This document shows positions 1 to 12,832 of a stretch of DNA of 64,000 nt, one piece after another. Both the position numbers and the translations under genes were made by a program. Numbering within the stretch: position 1 is the first letter of the stretch; each line of letters starts with the position of its first letter. The notes beneath the pieces are model-generated. The model did no database searches. It was not told the origin of the DNA and was given only the letters and a program-made list of their open reading frames with translations. This DNA is from Octopus vulgaris (lineage: Eukaryota): contig OX597829.1 of assembly GCA_951406725.2 (NCBI GenBank), positions 39,246,001 through 39,310,000 on the forward strand, in the 5' to 3' direction.

Positions 1-498
1 CTTATTGATTAACTTGTATGAATCAGGCATCTACTTTTCATTGGCATAAGAGGCCAGGCAAAGCAAGTCCGTTAGGAAGCTCATAATGATCTCCATTTTT
101 GACAGCAAATATCATCTACCTTCACTGGATTCCCTCTGACCAGATGGTCAATAAAGAGTACTTTGTGAAGGTTTTGAGAGAGTTCTGAAGAAATATCATT
201 GCAAAAGACCAGAGCTTTTTTGTACTAGGACAATATACCAATCTTCAGTTCCATCCTGGTATTTGACAGAAACAGGCTTCAAAACTGTCCCTCACTCTCC
301 TCAGAGTCCAGACTTTGAAAGGGGTTGTGACAAGAGTTCAGGAAACCTTCCCTTTGGAGGACTTCCATGGAGCTTTCACAACATGGCTAGAGTACTACAA
401 CAAATGCATTCAAGACAGAGGATCGTATTTTCGAGGATATTATAGTTTTGTACTCCTCTGACTCCTGAAAAAGTTCCAGAACCTTTGGAATGCACCTT
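1..498 (+). mobile_element. Degenerate mariner-type transposase, 3' part, with probable right TIR
   Basis: Frameshifted motifs resembling LMMIxFFDSK, TVPHSPQSPD (cf. HPPYSPDL) and YYNKCI..GSYFE; paralogous to 16430-16870. Confidence 0.7.
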
Positions 499-785
499 AT
501 ATTAGAATATCTATATCTGTGTGCACATGTATGTGTAAGTGTGTGTGTGTGTGTATATACTCTTTTACTCTTTTACTTGTTTCAGTCATGTGACTGAGAC
601 CATGCTGGTGCACCGCCTTTAGTTGAGCAAATTGACACCAGGACTTCTTCTTTGTAAGCCTAATACTTATTCTATCAGTTCTTTTGCCGAACCGCCAGGT
701 TACGGGGATCATACCACCAGTGGTTGTCAAGCAATGTTCGGAGGGGGGACAAACACAGACACACAAACATATACACACACATACA

Positions 786-847
<62 letters not shown>

Positions 848-848
<1 letters not shown>

Positions 849-1251
849 TCTCTTTACTCTTTTTACTCTTTTACTTGTTTCAGTCATTTGACTGCGGCTA
901 TGCTGGAGCACCGCCTTTAATCGAGCAACTCGACCCCGGCACTTATTCTTTGTAAGCCCAGTACTTATTCTATCGATCTCTTTTGCCGAACTGCTAAGTG
1001 ACGGGGACATAAATACACCAGCATCGGTTGTCAAGCAATGCTAGGGGGACAAACACACAAACACACACACACATATATACATATATACGACGGGCTTCTT
1101 TCAGTTTCCGTCTACCAAATCCACTCACAAGGCTTTGTTCGGCCCAAGGCTATAGTAGAAAACACTTGCCCAAGGTGCCACGCAGTAGGACTGAACCCGG
1201 AACCATGTGGTTGGTAAGCAAGCTACTTACCACACAACCACTCCTACACCT
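848..1251 (-). mobile_element. tRNA-derived SINE family A (near full length); a further 3' fragment at about 560-770
   Basis: Head ggcgcaggagtggctgtgtggtaag...gggttcagtccc (Pol III A/B-box-like), internal (TA)/(TG) microsatellite and (gtaaaaga)n tail; many copies in the window. Confidence 0.85.
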
Positions 1252-1510
1252 ATATGTATGTATATATATATGTGTGTGTGTGTATGTATACAGACACACA
1301 CATACACATACATACACACACACACACACATATATATATATTTGAAAATACTGATGCAAACAAACACACTTGGGCTCGATAAACAAAATATACATACATA
1401 TACAGATGTAAATATATAGCAATATATATATATATATATATAGAAAGAAACAAAAACTGAAAATATTCAAAAGATGAACACTTCTGTTCATATTCTCAAC
1501 CAGGTGTATA

Positions 1511-1552
1511 GGTACTGAAGAAAGGTAAAACCCTGAAACCAGCTAGTCTACT
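1511..1552 (+). ncRNA. Minimal type-I hammerhead ribozyme motif
   Basis: ggta-CTGAAGA-a-agg(taaaac)cct-GAA-ACcagctaGT-C-tact: intact core, GUC cleavage triplet, stem I ggta/tact, near-palindromic stem III. Confidence 0.7.
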
Positions 1553-1993
1553 GGTCCTGTCATCACTCAACGGGATTTTTTGCTCCCTTGTTTGCAATAT
1601 AACAGACAGATATTGTGTCATTGACCAGCTGGAGGAGGTGTCCTCCTAGGGTTAAAAAGGTAGCAACATTGTTTTCTATGAAACAACCACATTCAGGTGG
1701 TAACAGCCATTACTTTTCAGGTATTTATACATTTACAGAAGAAATCTACACGGAGTACAAAAAAAATACAGAAAACTAAGGAGAGAGAGAGAGCATGGTA
1801 TTTCAGGTCCGACAGCTGTTCCTGGAGGCTCAGAATTATGTAATAGTTGTAAGCTGTAATGTTAGCAGATGGAGAGTGCAAAAAGACAGCCACTAGTGGA
1901 TGCATATAAACATTGCTGCAAAGCCTGACCTCTATTTTGAGGCTAGAAAGATGGGCAAATATGCATATATATATATATGTGTGTGTGTGTATG

Positions 1994-2027
<34 letters not shown>

Positions 2028-2763
2028 TATACATATATAAAAACACACACACATATTTATATATGTATGTATGTAACTATCTATATATATGTGTGTGTGT
2101 ATATGTATATATATATAAGTAATGTATGTATAATCTGTATGCAACTATGAATATATGCATATTCTCACTATTTCCACTCTAGCTTGTCGTTCATGCTGTT
2201 ATTACCATTTCATTTCCCATTTTTGTACCTTTTTGTAAACACTCTACATAATAGTTTTTTTTTATGCTTTCACTTCCTTGATGATCCAATAATTATAGGA
2301 TCTTAATTGATATGAGAATCTGGTCTTACATGTTAATAGATAATAGCTAATAGTTCATCTTCTTCAGTTTCCATCTTTTTCTTTATCATTTTTCTCTGTT
2401 CTAAAATTATTTTATATATATATTTGCATATACTTGACTTATTGTGTGTTTGTGTTTGGGTGCGTGCTTGTGAGTGTGTATATTTTGTTTCCTTGCCTAG
2501 CTGGTTTTCCTTGAGTCTTTGCTTTTCTAGTTTCTCCTCATCCTGTCAGGTTTTGTTGCACTTGTTTTTATTGATTCCTGAGGCAGAAGCAATTGCGATT
2601 TCATCTTCTGCATAATGTATAACTGGAATGATGGCTGATCACATTCAGACTGGCTGATAATAACTAAATAACACCAAGAGCACCAATTTATTGGTAAAGA
2701 TAACAGAGGTGAGAGAACTAAAGAGAGGGAGTAAGTGAAGAGAGAGAATGAGGGACATATATA

Positions 2764-2803
<40 letters not shown>

Positions 2804-2804
2804 T

Positions 2805-3622
2805 TTACTCTTTTACTTGTTTCAGTCATTTGACTGTGGCCATGCTGGAACACCGTCTTTAGTCGAGCAAATCGACTGCAGGACTTATTCTTTGTAAGCC
2901 TAGTACTTATTCTCTCAGTCTCTTTTGCCGAACTGCTAGGTTACAGGGACGTAAACACACCAGCATTGGTTGTCAAGCGATGTTGGGGGGACAAACACAG
3001 ACACACAACCACACACACACGCACACCTATATATTTGTCTTATGAAGAAAGGCTGAAGATGCTCGACCTTTATTCTCTAGAAAAACGCCGACGCCGTGGT
3101 AATCTCATTCTTGCTCACATCATAAGCGGAAAGTGTAACCTCTCGAAAGAGCTGTTCTTCACACCTGTTCCAGAGCGTCGGCTGTGAGGTCACTCCGAAA
3201 AGCTCTATCTGCAACGATTTCATCTCAATCGGAGAGGGGCTTTCTCCATCCGGGTTGTGGATCCATGGAATAAGCTGCCGGACGAGATAGTGAAGATGCT
3301 GACGACTGCTCGGTTCAAAGTCTCTCTTGACCAGAAATGGCCTGAACTCTTTGCATGAACACCCTCCCTGTACATAGCTCCATGTCCCCCTACATGGCCT
3401 TGCTTTTGGCTTTTTGAGCCAAAATATTAACTTAACTTAACTATATGCATATATACATATGATGGCTTTCTTTCAGTTTCCGTCTACCAAATTCACTCAG
3501 AGGGCTTTGGTCAGCCCGAGGCTATAGTAGAAGACACTTGCCCAAGATGCCACACAGTGGGACTGAACCTGGAACTATGTGGTTTGTAAGCAAACTACTT
3601 ACCACACAGCCACCCCTGTGCC
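2805..3622 (-). mobile_element. SINE family A copy split by a CR1 insertion
   Basis: SINE 3' half at about 2805-3020 and 5' half at about 3455-3622, with a CR1 fragment inside the internal microsatellite. Confidence 0.75.
3034..3442 (+). mobile_element. CR1-type LINE 3' fragment
   Basis: LSYEERLKMLDLYSLEKRRRRGNLI and WNKLP motifs; (ttaac)n tail; same 3' UTR as 59885-60045. Confidence 0.85.
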
Positions 3623-3936
3623 TATATATATATATATATATACATATAATCATCATTTAATGTCTGCTTACCATGCTGGCATGGGTTAAATGGTTTGACA
3701 GGAACTGGTAAGTTGGGGAACTTAAATTTAAGCATTGTGTAGTGAGGACTGCTTTTGGTATAGCCTTACAAAAGACTAAACATCAAGATTTGACGGTGAA
3801 GTAGACAGTTATGCATCTGATGTGGATGACTTGCACTATATCCTTATCATTGTTGTTGCCATCTGCACTGTCATCATAATCATCATCATCATTGTCATCA
3901 TCATTGTCATCATGATGATGATCGTCATCATTATCT

Positions 3937-4175
3937 AAGGCAGCGAGCTGGCAGAGCTGTTAGCACGCTGGGAGAAAAGTGTAGCCGTATTTTGTCTGCC
4001 ATTACGTTCTGAGTTCAAATTCAGCCCAGGTCGTCTTTGCCTTTCATCCTTTCGGGGTCGATAAATTAAGTACCAGTTACACACCAGGGTCGATATAATC
4101 GATTTGTCTGTCTTAATCCATTTGTCTGTCCTTGTTTATCCCCTCTATGTTTAGCCCCTTGTGGGTAATAAAGAA
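3937..4175 (+). mobile_element. SINE family B (Nin/Deu-domain-like); other copies at about 15675-15905, 20610-20810, 22648-22870, 25190-25605, 32895-33056, 34620-34800 and 60600-60810 (all minus strand)
   Basis: aaggcggcgagctggcag head, gagttcaaatt B-box-like motif and conserved core gcctttcatcctttcggggtcgataaa. Confidence 0.8.
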
Positions 4176-4477
4176 ACCGATCATCATCATTATCATTGTC
4201 ATCATGATGACGACTATGATGATGATCATCGTCATCATTATCATTGTCATTTTGAAGTCTACTTTTGTATGCCTGCATGTGTCAGATGGAAATTAAGTAA
4301 GGTAGGTTTTCTATGGTTGGATACCCTCCTCACTAAACCTCAACTATTCCCAAACAAGTTACTATTTCCCCACGTTTCAGACATGTTTCCACAGAAGGTT
4401 AGAAACAAACAATGCCGTTTGTATGTGATAGTGATACTCCTTTATAACCATCACATGTATGAAAACACACACACACT

Positions 4478-4521
<44 letters not shown>

Positions 4522-4791
4522 CATGCATGCACACACACACGCATACGCACATGCACACACACACACACACACACCATGGTGCCCAAACTGGCAGGATCAT
4601 TAGGACACTGGACAAAATATTTAGTAGCATTTTGCTTGTCTTTACATTCTGAGTTCAAACTCCACTGAGGCCGACTTTGCCTTTTATCCTTTCAGGGTTG
4701 ATGAAATAAGTACCAGCTGAGTACTGGGATTGATGTAATTGACTAGCTCTCCTCTCCCTCAAAATTTCAGGCCTTGTGCCTATAGTTGAAA

Positions 4792-4832
<41 letters not shown>

Positions 4833-4837
<5 letters not shown>

Positions 4838-5022
4838 GGAGAGTTTACAAAAAAAAAACAAAGGACGAAGACAGGTGGTGTACAAAACAAACAGATGTAT
4901 TAGTATAACGCTCAGGAATAGAAAAAGTCTTTTACATTTCGAGCCTACGCTCTTCTACAGAAAGGGACACAGAAAAAACGAGAGAAAAAAATGTGTGTAG
5001 TGGCTAATGATCTATCATGGCG
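4833..5022 (-). mobile_element. Short PLE-like repeat with a hammerhead-like motif; inverted copy at 5787-5978
   Basis: About 190 bp near-identical inverted pair; motif CTGTAGA-a-gagc(4 nt)gctc-GAAA(c/t)GTA. Confidence 0.6.
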
Positions 5023-5044
5023 ATATGTGTGTGTGTGTGTGTGT

Positions 5045-5765
5045 GTCATGTGTTGCGTATGGATGAGGACAGCTGTGTGAAAAAGTGTCACACCCAAGCA
5101 GTAGAGGGAACCTATGGAAGAGGTAGACCCAGGAAGACCTGGCATGAGGTGGTGAAGCATGACCCTCAAATGATGGGCCTTGCCAAGGTGATGACAAGTG
5201 ACCGAGACCTTTGGAGATATGCTGTGCTTGAGAAAACCTAGCAAACCAAGTGAGACTGTAAGCATAGCCTATGCCAATGCAGCATAACTAACACATTTAA
5301 GACTACTCTCCAATCATTAGACAATAAACTGCTCTTACAAAGACCTGTTGAGGCAATCATCGTCATGGCTGATGACAGTACTGCATGATTGGCACCCATA
5401 CCAGTGGTACGTTAAAAGCACCATTCGAGTGTGATCACTGCCAGTGCCACCTGACTGGCTCTATGTGCCAGTGACATGTAAAAAGCACCATTTGCATGTG
5501 GTCATTGCCAGTGCTACCTGACTGGCTCCCATGCTGGTGGCATATAAGAAGCACTATTCAAGCACGGTCAATGCCAGTACTGCCTGACTGGCTCTCATGC
5601 TGGTAGCATGTAAAAAGCACCCATTACACTCTTGGAGTGGTTAGCGTTAGGAAGGGCATCCAGCTATAGAAACTTTGCCAGATCTGATTGGAGCCTGGTA
5701 CAGCCTTCTGGCTTGCCAGCCCTTACTCAAATCGTCCAACTATGCCAGCATGATGATGATGATAT
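5045..5765 (+). mobile_element. RTE-clade LINE 3' fragment with tandem-repeat 3' UTR and (gat)n tail
   Basis: HVLRMDEDSCVKKCH...GRGRPRKTWHEVVKHD; same family as 42830-44220. Confidence 0.85.
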
Positions 5766-6654
5766 ATATATTATACAATACAATAGTCGCCATGATAGAT
5801 CGTTAGCCACTACACACATTTTTTTCTCTCCTTGGTTTTTCTGTGTCCTTTTCTGTAGAAGAGCATAGGCTCGAAACGTAAAAGACTTTTTCTATTCCTG
5901 AGTGTTATACTAATACATCTGTTTGTTTTGTACACTACCTGTCTTCGTCTTTTGTTTTTTTCATAAACTCTCCCTATATCATGCAATAGGCTTCTTTCAG
6001 TTGCCAATAATCAAATCCGCCTACAAGCTTTGGTTGGCTTGGGGTTATAGTAGAAGACACTTGCCAAAGGTGTATATACTTTCATTTGTGTGAGTGTGTG
6101 TGTGTGCGTGTGTGTGCGCGTGTGTGTACGTGCGTGTGAGTGGGTGTATTTATACACATGTGTTAAAACAGTGAATAATCTCTTTAAACAGTTTTGATAT
6201 CTTTGATGAGAAATCATGTGGAGGTGTTTAATTATTATTCTGCAAAAGATAATTCAGTATTATAGCTACTTTGTTTAGCAAATAAAAATTGTTATCTCTC
6301 TCATGTCATTTCATTTGATCTTATTTTGTGCAAATGATTTTGGTGGAATTTAAAAAAACCAATATCTACTATCAGTTATAGTTTAGCACTAACTTAATTA
6401 TCTTATAACTTTGATAGTAGGTTGATCTCAGAAGTTTGAGTATATGTGTATTTAGAGGGTGTTTGTCCAAGTCTTTAACATTTTTGATGCCATCCTGCCA
6501 AAGAGTGCTCCTGTTTCTTTGAGAATGTTCTATTTTAAGTTGGTCTAAATTATAATCAATCTTCCATTAAAACTTTGCTTTAATTTGCTCCAAACACCAG
6601 TTTGATATAATGACGACGTTATTTCACTGAACTCTTCATTATTTTCAAAATTAA

Positions 6655-6957
6655 TGTTTGTTCCTTCTTGAGCCATGCCTGGCCCATAAGGGCCGGTTTC
6701 CCGGTTTCTTGGTGCATAGGTTCCCCACCTGGACAGGACGCCAGTCCCTCGCAGGTGAGCTGCAAGATGCAGGAGGAAAGAGTGAGAGAAAGTTGTGGCG
6801 AAAGAGTCAGCAGAAGTTTGCCATTACCTTCTGCCAGAGCCGCGTGGACCTTAGGTATTTTCACTCATAAACACACACATCGTCCGGTCTGAGATTCGAA
6901 CCTGCGATCCCTCGACCGTGAGTCCACTGCTCTAACAACTAGGCCATGTGCCTCCAC
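6655..6957 (-). mobile_element. tRNA-derived SINE family C; relatives at 59234-59593 (-) and 15067-15325 (+)
   Basis: On the minus strand the head reads gtggaggcacatggcctagttgttagagcag...ggttcgaatc (tRNA A and B boxes). Confidence 0.8.
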
Positions 6958-6969
6958 GAAATTAATGTA

Positions 6970-7844
6970 TGAGGTGGTATCAAAAAGTTGCTGGACTAGT
7001 TCTGTAGCATGCCAACAGATGGCAGCACATGGTTGTGTGTGCAGTGAAAGTTAGCAGTGACCTTCATGAGGCAGTGTGCCAAGTGACATCACTGAGTTTA
7101 TTTTTCAAGTTCTGAAATTTGTGTTTTATGATCACGTGTATGTTGTAGTCTGCAATTTTTGTCATGGACAAGAAGTTGGAACAAAGAGCCAATATAAATT
7201 TTGCATGAAACTTGGGAAGTCTGCTACAGAAACATTGAGCATGCTTTGGCAAGCTTATGGCGATGAGGCAATGGTTCCTATGCAATGTTTCGAGTGGCAT
7301 GGGTGCTTCAAAAGTGGAAGATCATCCCTGGAAGACAATGAGTGATCTTGAAGGCCTGCCATGAGTGTCACCCCAAGAATTCATCCCCCAGGGCCAGACC
7401 ACCAACAGAGAGTTCTACTGCAATGTTTTAAAGAATTTGAGGGAGGACATTTGGCAAAAGCAACTGGATCTGTGGAGTGTGAAGAATTGGATGCCTCACC
7501 AAGCTCTTCCCAGTCATGAGTTTCTTGCCACAAATAAGGCATTACTTCTGCACTTGCCCTATTCACAAGATTTAGCACCTGTGAACTTCCATCTCTTCTC
7601 CAAGATGAAAATATAGCTCAAAGATCATCGTTTTAACACCATTGTCGAGATCCAGAGTGAATTGCAGAAGGTCCTTGACTCACTTACAGAAAACAACTTC
7701 CAGGCCAGACTCCAAAAGTGGCAGGAAGGCTGGGACCAGTGTATTGCTGTGCAAGGTGACTGTTTCAAAGGAGATGATGTTAAAACTTAGGTAAATAAGT
7801 TTTTTTTTTTTTTATTAAAAATAACTAGTCTGGGAACCACATCG
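6970..7844 (+). mobile_element. Internally deleted mariner element
   Basis: TA-flanked degenerate TIRs; N-terminal KFCMKLGKSATETLSML..AYGD..CFEW..FKSGR and C-terminal YSQDLAP...QGDCFKGD motifs, with stops and frameshifts. Confidence 0.85.
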
Positions 7845-8666
7845 TATCTTAACATAAATATAAATGTGGAAAGGTTAAAAAATACACAAGAAGAAAAAGG
7901 AATAACTGCACGTGGTGAGTGCAGTAAATGCTGAGTTTGAACTGGAATATGAAAAGAAGAGAGTGAAGAGAAAGAAAGAAAGAGAGAGGGGGGAGTTGGT
8001 GAGAGAGAAAGAGAGAGTGCACCACTCAGCTGATATTTCTATTAAGCCTTGTTTGGTTAAGAATTCTTAAATTAATTTTCTGATCAGTTATTCAGTTTGT
8101 ATTATTAATGAATATTTCAATCTTTATTCCGCATACTTTATAAAGGCTTTTTCACTGATTTTGAATGAACTATCTTATTCTTACCACCAAACGTATGACC
8201 TATTAATGTACTTCAAATCAATGGCAGTAGACAACTTATATATTCCGCCTCAGGCCTGGCTGTCCTACATACACGGACAAAGTATTTAATCCCTGCGGCC
8301 CATACTGACTAAATCCCCACCCATGTTGATTATGTAGCCTCGATTTTAAACCCGCATCTTCAAATTTAGCTACTCCCACATAAAACTGTTGCCACAAATG
8401 TGTCAATACAACACTGAACAATGTCTGAGCTACTGACCTACAGCAACATCCCACTCTATTATATGTGGTACCTAATACTGAATACATAATGGTGTAGCTT
8501 TCCACCAAAGTGGCACTAGCACCATACCAATATACTATTGAGTATATGGGCCTAAAAATATAAAAAATAGTTGGTGTCACTTTCAAAGCATTTATACCAC
8601 AACTAGAGTCCTCACATCTGAAACCATCTTGAATTTCTCTCTAAAAAATCCTTCACTCTGCTTCAA

Positions 8667-8718
8667 GTATTTGATGAGATGGGCATGTCTTACATGCTCA
8701 TGAAACTTTAAGTTATGT
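8667..8718 (+). ncRNA. Hammerhead-like motif (C3-to-U variant) with a 10-bp stem II
   Basis: gtat-TTGATGA-g-atgggcatgt(ctt)acatgctcat-GAA-ACTTTAAGT-T-atgt; the sister fragment at about 10229 retains CTGATGA. Confidence 0.6.
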
Positions 8719-9268
8719 AGAGCTGAGCCAAGCTATTACTAAAAATACATGTTACTCCTACCGAACGTGTTGAGTAGTACTTTCTTTTGGTACTTTACTC
8801 CAGCTGACTTACGTGAGCATGGAAAAGTGAACGTTAAAACAACTACAATGATGTTGACAATGATGATGATGCTGAAAGCATAATAGTATGACACAGAATT
8901 TGGCTTCTTCAAACAAGAAACTTACAACATTTGAAGAAGGCTTGCAATTAACAACACACAAGAGAAAAAAAATATCTTTCTATGACGTCAACTGCCAAAA
9001 AAAAAAAAAAGTAAGAAAAGATAATTTAATAAAACAAAACAAAAGCAAAAAAAAAAAGGAGAAATAGAATGAGAAAATGCTTAGAAACAATTGCAACAGA
9101 ATTGAATAAAAAAAAAATGGAAATAAATTATTCTTCAAATATATTTTAAGGAGAGAAAAAATTATTTAATATTTAATATTCTATATGTTGAATATATTTC
9201 ATTGTTGAACATGTTTTTGACATCAATGACTAAAAATTTATTCAATCACAATAGTCTGATGTCACTTC

Positions 9269-9359
<91 letters not shown>

Positions 9360-10240
9360 TCCATTGAAAATGTTCAAGTAGATTTTCTTGTTTGAAAATT
9401 AACCATTGTATTTTCATACAACAGAAGACAGTTGGTGTAAAATTAAATACGATTTAATCGTATTACATCCCTGGTGGTTAAAAATTATCAATTCAGTCCA
9501 CACAGATTGCTGAATGCTATGAATTGAAATTATATTTCCTGAAGGGTATTAGCTAAAGAATTAGCAGCAGTTTCATGAAGTGGACAGATGACAAATGACA
9601 ATTGTTGTTCCGGCTTTCATAAGATAAAATTCCTAAGAATATTTTTTTCTTTTCTTTTTCCTTTCATTTTTTCCAATTTTAAAGAATGGAAATATATTTG
9701 CTATCAAATATTGAGTTATTTAGATTTTAAGATTGTAACAATTGTAACTAAAAGCAAAGACAATAATTGGTTGGTTGTTTTATTTTAATCGCAGGGGAGA
9801 CACCTATGCAAAGGAAAATTCACCATTTTAACTATTCCATTTTATTTTGTTGAGTGATTTTTCTTCAATCTCTTCATGATGGTTTTAGTAGAGATTCTCA
9901 AGGGAATTTCTTTTCTCTCTCCCAGCAAGCATACAGTTTTCAACTTATTACAATGTATATTATTACGTTAGTTCCAAAAGCATGTGTGTATGGTAGCGGT
10001 GGTGGTGGTGATGTGTGTGTGTGTGGGTGTGTGTGTGTGGGTGTGTGTGTTTGTGCATGTGTGCTAAACCCTTTAGCATTTAAAACAAACTATATCTGTT
10101 CCAAATATACTACCTGTTTTATGTTCAAATTGGCCAGATCTGGCCTCCCACACCTACCCTGCAGTGTCCTTTTAAAAATAAACAATTACATCATCAAAAT
10201 CTCAAAAAAATCCTTCACTCTGCTCCAAGCATCTGATGAG

Positions 10241-10313
10241 ATGGGCATGTCTTACATGATGGGCATGTCTTACATGATGGGCATGTCTTACATGATGAGA
10301 TGGTCATGTCTTA
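10241..10313 (+). repeat. 18-bp tandem repeat (atgggcatgtcttacatg x3 plus a partial copy)
   Basis: Direct reading; the unit is part of stem II of the hammerhead at 8667. Confidence 0.9.
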
Positions 10314-11512
10314 GATGATAATGCATGATTAATTCCAAATGGTGTGAATAAATAAGTATTACATTAGAGATTAGAGACATGGCAATATTTGGATTCAAGA
10401 ATATGATGAGGAGGAAGAATCATTAGCACACTGGACAAAATGCTGCTAAGCATTTTGTCCATCATTCTTCTGAGATCAAAAAAACAAGTACCAGTTGATG
10501 TAACTGACTTCACCCCATCCCCAAACTTACTGGTCTGGTGCTAAAATTTGAAACTTGTATTTGGATTTACTGTTTCATTAAGTATTTTTCATTAGTTCTT
10601 TAAATGCAGTTTGGAACAAGAGAATTCCAAAATCCATTAGTGCATTAATATTTTAGGACCTTCCTGGCATTATCATCAGGATGAACAGAAGGTAATAATG
10701 ACAACTGATAAAATTGTCAACACTGGATTTTAAAATTATACAATGTTTTTTTAAGTTGTAAATTTAATGATTTATTTTATGTGGTATATATTTGTGCATT
10801 AATTTTTGGTTTGTATTTTGCTATTAGTAAAGTTTCCAAAGATATCTTGGATAAGCTTTTGTAGGTATGCACAACTGAGGTATTCTGTTGTCTACAAGAT
10901 AATGCTTATGTCAAAAACGACAATGTGGCTTTGATTTTTTGGGGCACACATTCGCAGTGACCTGCATAGCTAACGTGTAAATCAAGCTGTTTCCAAATAT
11001 TGTATGTACATCATCACTTAAGGTTTGTTGTCCACACTGGCATGGGTTGGATGGTTTGACTAGAGCTGGGGAGCCACACCAGACTCCAATCTTATTTGGC
11101 ATGGTTTCTATGACTGAGTGCCTTTTCTCATGCCAACCACTTTACAGAGCATGCTGAGTGCTTTATACATGGCACTGCATGGGCGCTTTTATGTGGAACC
11201 CCATGAGGGCTTTTATGTGGCATCACACAGGTGCTTTCATGCGGCATCACACTGGCACTTTTACATGGCAGTGCCAAGAGTGCTTTTTACATGGCACCAG
11301 CACAGGACTCTAGTAGGTCAATCCTCACCACCAGGGCGACCGGTCTTAACACTTCTCCTGCAAAGTATGAGTCTTGTTGAGTACAGTAAGGCACCAGGCA
11401 TCTCAATCCTTTGACATCTTGCCTGAAAGGTCCACCTTCCTGAGGTCATTCTTCAGCACTTTGTCCCATGTCATCTTAAGTCTCCCACTTCCATGGGTTG
11501 CATCTACTTTAA

Positions 11513-11726
11513 CCCTTTCATTACCATATTTCTGTTGAGATGTTTTGTGTTTCTTTCAATTAAATTTAAATATAACAAAGAATTTAGTAAAATAACTTAG
11601 TGATCATTAAGCTAGTGTTAGGAACATAAATTGTGTCTAAGGTTTGGTGGAAGATTTTAATTCAAAACTCATGGAAACAAGACATTTGTACTCAGAGCCA
11701 TTTCAGCCAGGTTAGTATCAAAAGGG
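11513..11726. mobile_element. piggyBac-type MITE; second truncated copy at about 11758-11960 and a reverse fragment at about 6540-6655
   Basis: TTAA|CCCTTT...AAAGGG|TTAA termini; non-coding. Confidence 0.8.
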
Positions 11727-12010
11727 TTAAGAATTGTTTCTCTATTATATATTTAAACCCTTTTGTTACTGTATTTCTGTTGAGATGCTCTGTGTTTCTT
11801 TCAATTAATTTTAAATACAACAAAGAATTTAGTAAAATAACTTAGTTACCATTAAGCTAGTGTTAGGAACATAAATTGTGACTAAGGTTTGGTGGAAGAT
11901 TATAATTCAAAACTTATAAAAACAAGACATTTGTACTACAGAGTCAGAACTGGTTTCAGTTATTATTTATTCATTGTGATAGACACATATAACAATCTTA
12001 TGGACTTAAA

Positions 12011-12213
12011 CCGTTTGTATTTAAACTAGCCCAAATATTTTACATAGTTAAACTGGCCCAAATATGTTCAAACCAGCCAGATCTGGAATCTCACACTTAT
12101 GTCGTTCTGAAAATAAACAATCATATCATCAAAATATGAGATAATGCATGATTAATTCAGAACAACAAATAAATAAGCTTTACATTTGAGAGAGTAATCT
12201 GAATGCAAATGGG
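12011..12213. mobile_element. Second piggyBac-type MITE family; copies at about 10069-10370 and 44230-44353
   Basis: ccctttagcatt...aatgc(t/a)aa(a/t)gggTTAA termini and shared internal sequence ggccagatctggcctctcacacc. Confidence 0.65.
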
Positions 12214-12264
12214 TTAAACATCTTAGAAATAACTCCATTTACAATTCAATATAGCTCAGACATT

Positions 12265-12650
12265 ATCATCATCATTATTGTTCGACCGTGGTCGAGACAA
12301 TGGAATTTACTATGTTACGCCAGACCTCACAGTCCATCATAGCATTATGGAGGTCCTGTTACTGGATGCCTGTATCCTGTAGATTACATCAGGGTAGGAG
12401 AGTGTGTGCCCTCTGGTATCGCAAGCAGAGGTCTTCCAGAGGAGAAGAGTAGAAATTACCTTTTTTTCAGCTCTACAACAATGTCCAGCAAACTGGACTC
12501 TTCTACCTTTCACAAGATATGATACAGGTGGTAATTTCCCATATATTTGCATCTTGGTTGGATGGCGCTTCCACGAGAGATTTTGAGCTCTCATAAGGAG
12601 GCGAGTGTAAGTTCCATCCAACCGCCTCTCAAGCTTCTTTGATAACGTCC
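12265..12650 (-). mobile_element. RTE-like LINE (family 2) 3' fragment; others at 23076-23535, 50729-51220 and 31285-31385
   Basis: LDGTYTRLLMRAQNLSWKRHPT...QFAGHCCRAE..LLLW motif; (atg)n tail. Confidence 0.8.
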
Positions 12651-12832
12651 ATTAACACTGTTTCATTCTTATGCATAAAAGAAAGAATGAGGAGTAACAC
12701 ATAAAACATCTCAGTGGCCGTCAATAGTTAACAAAGTGAATTAGAAATAGGAAGGAAATAACAGAAGAAATACAGATAAGGGTAATATAATATGGAAAAT
12801 AAAAGCTACAAAAAAAAACCATTTAAAATTCC

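Noticed and set aside
5390-5620. CRISPR-like repeat-spacer pattern (also at 11150-11305, 14500-14830 and 55900-56080)
   Set aside because: Degenerate minisatellite of the RTE 3' UTR in a eukaryotic genome; the spacers are themselves repeats and there are no cas genes.
6880-6957. tRNA genes in SINE heads (also at 59515-59593 and 13651-13725)
   Set aside because: A/B boxes are present but continue into SINE bodies and lack a complete cloverleaf and terminator.
8236-10870. Isolated exon-like stretches (ORF 8236-8586; 9530-9612 minus; 10657-10691 plus)
   Set aside because: No recognisable protein motifs and no phase-consistent chain of exons.
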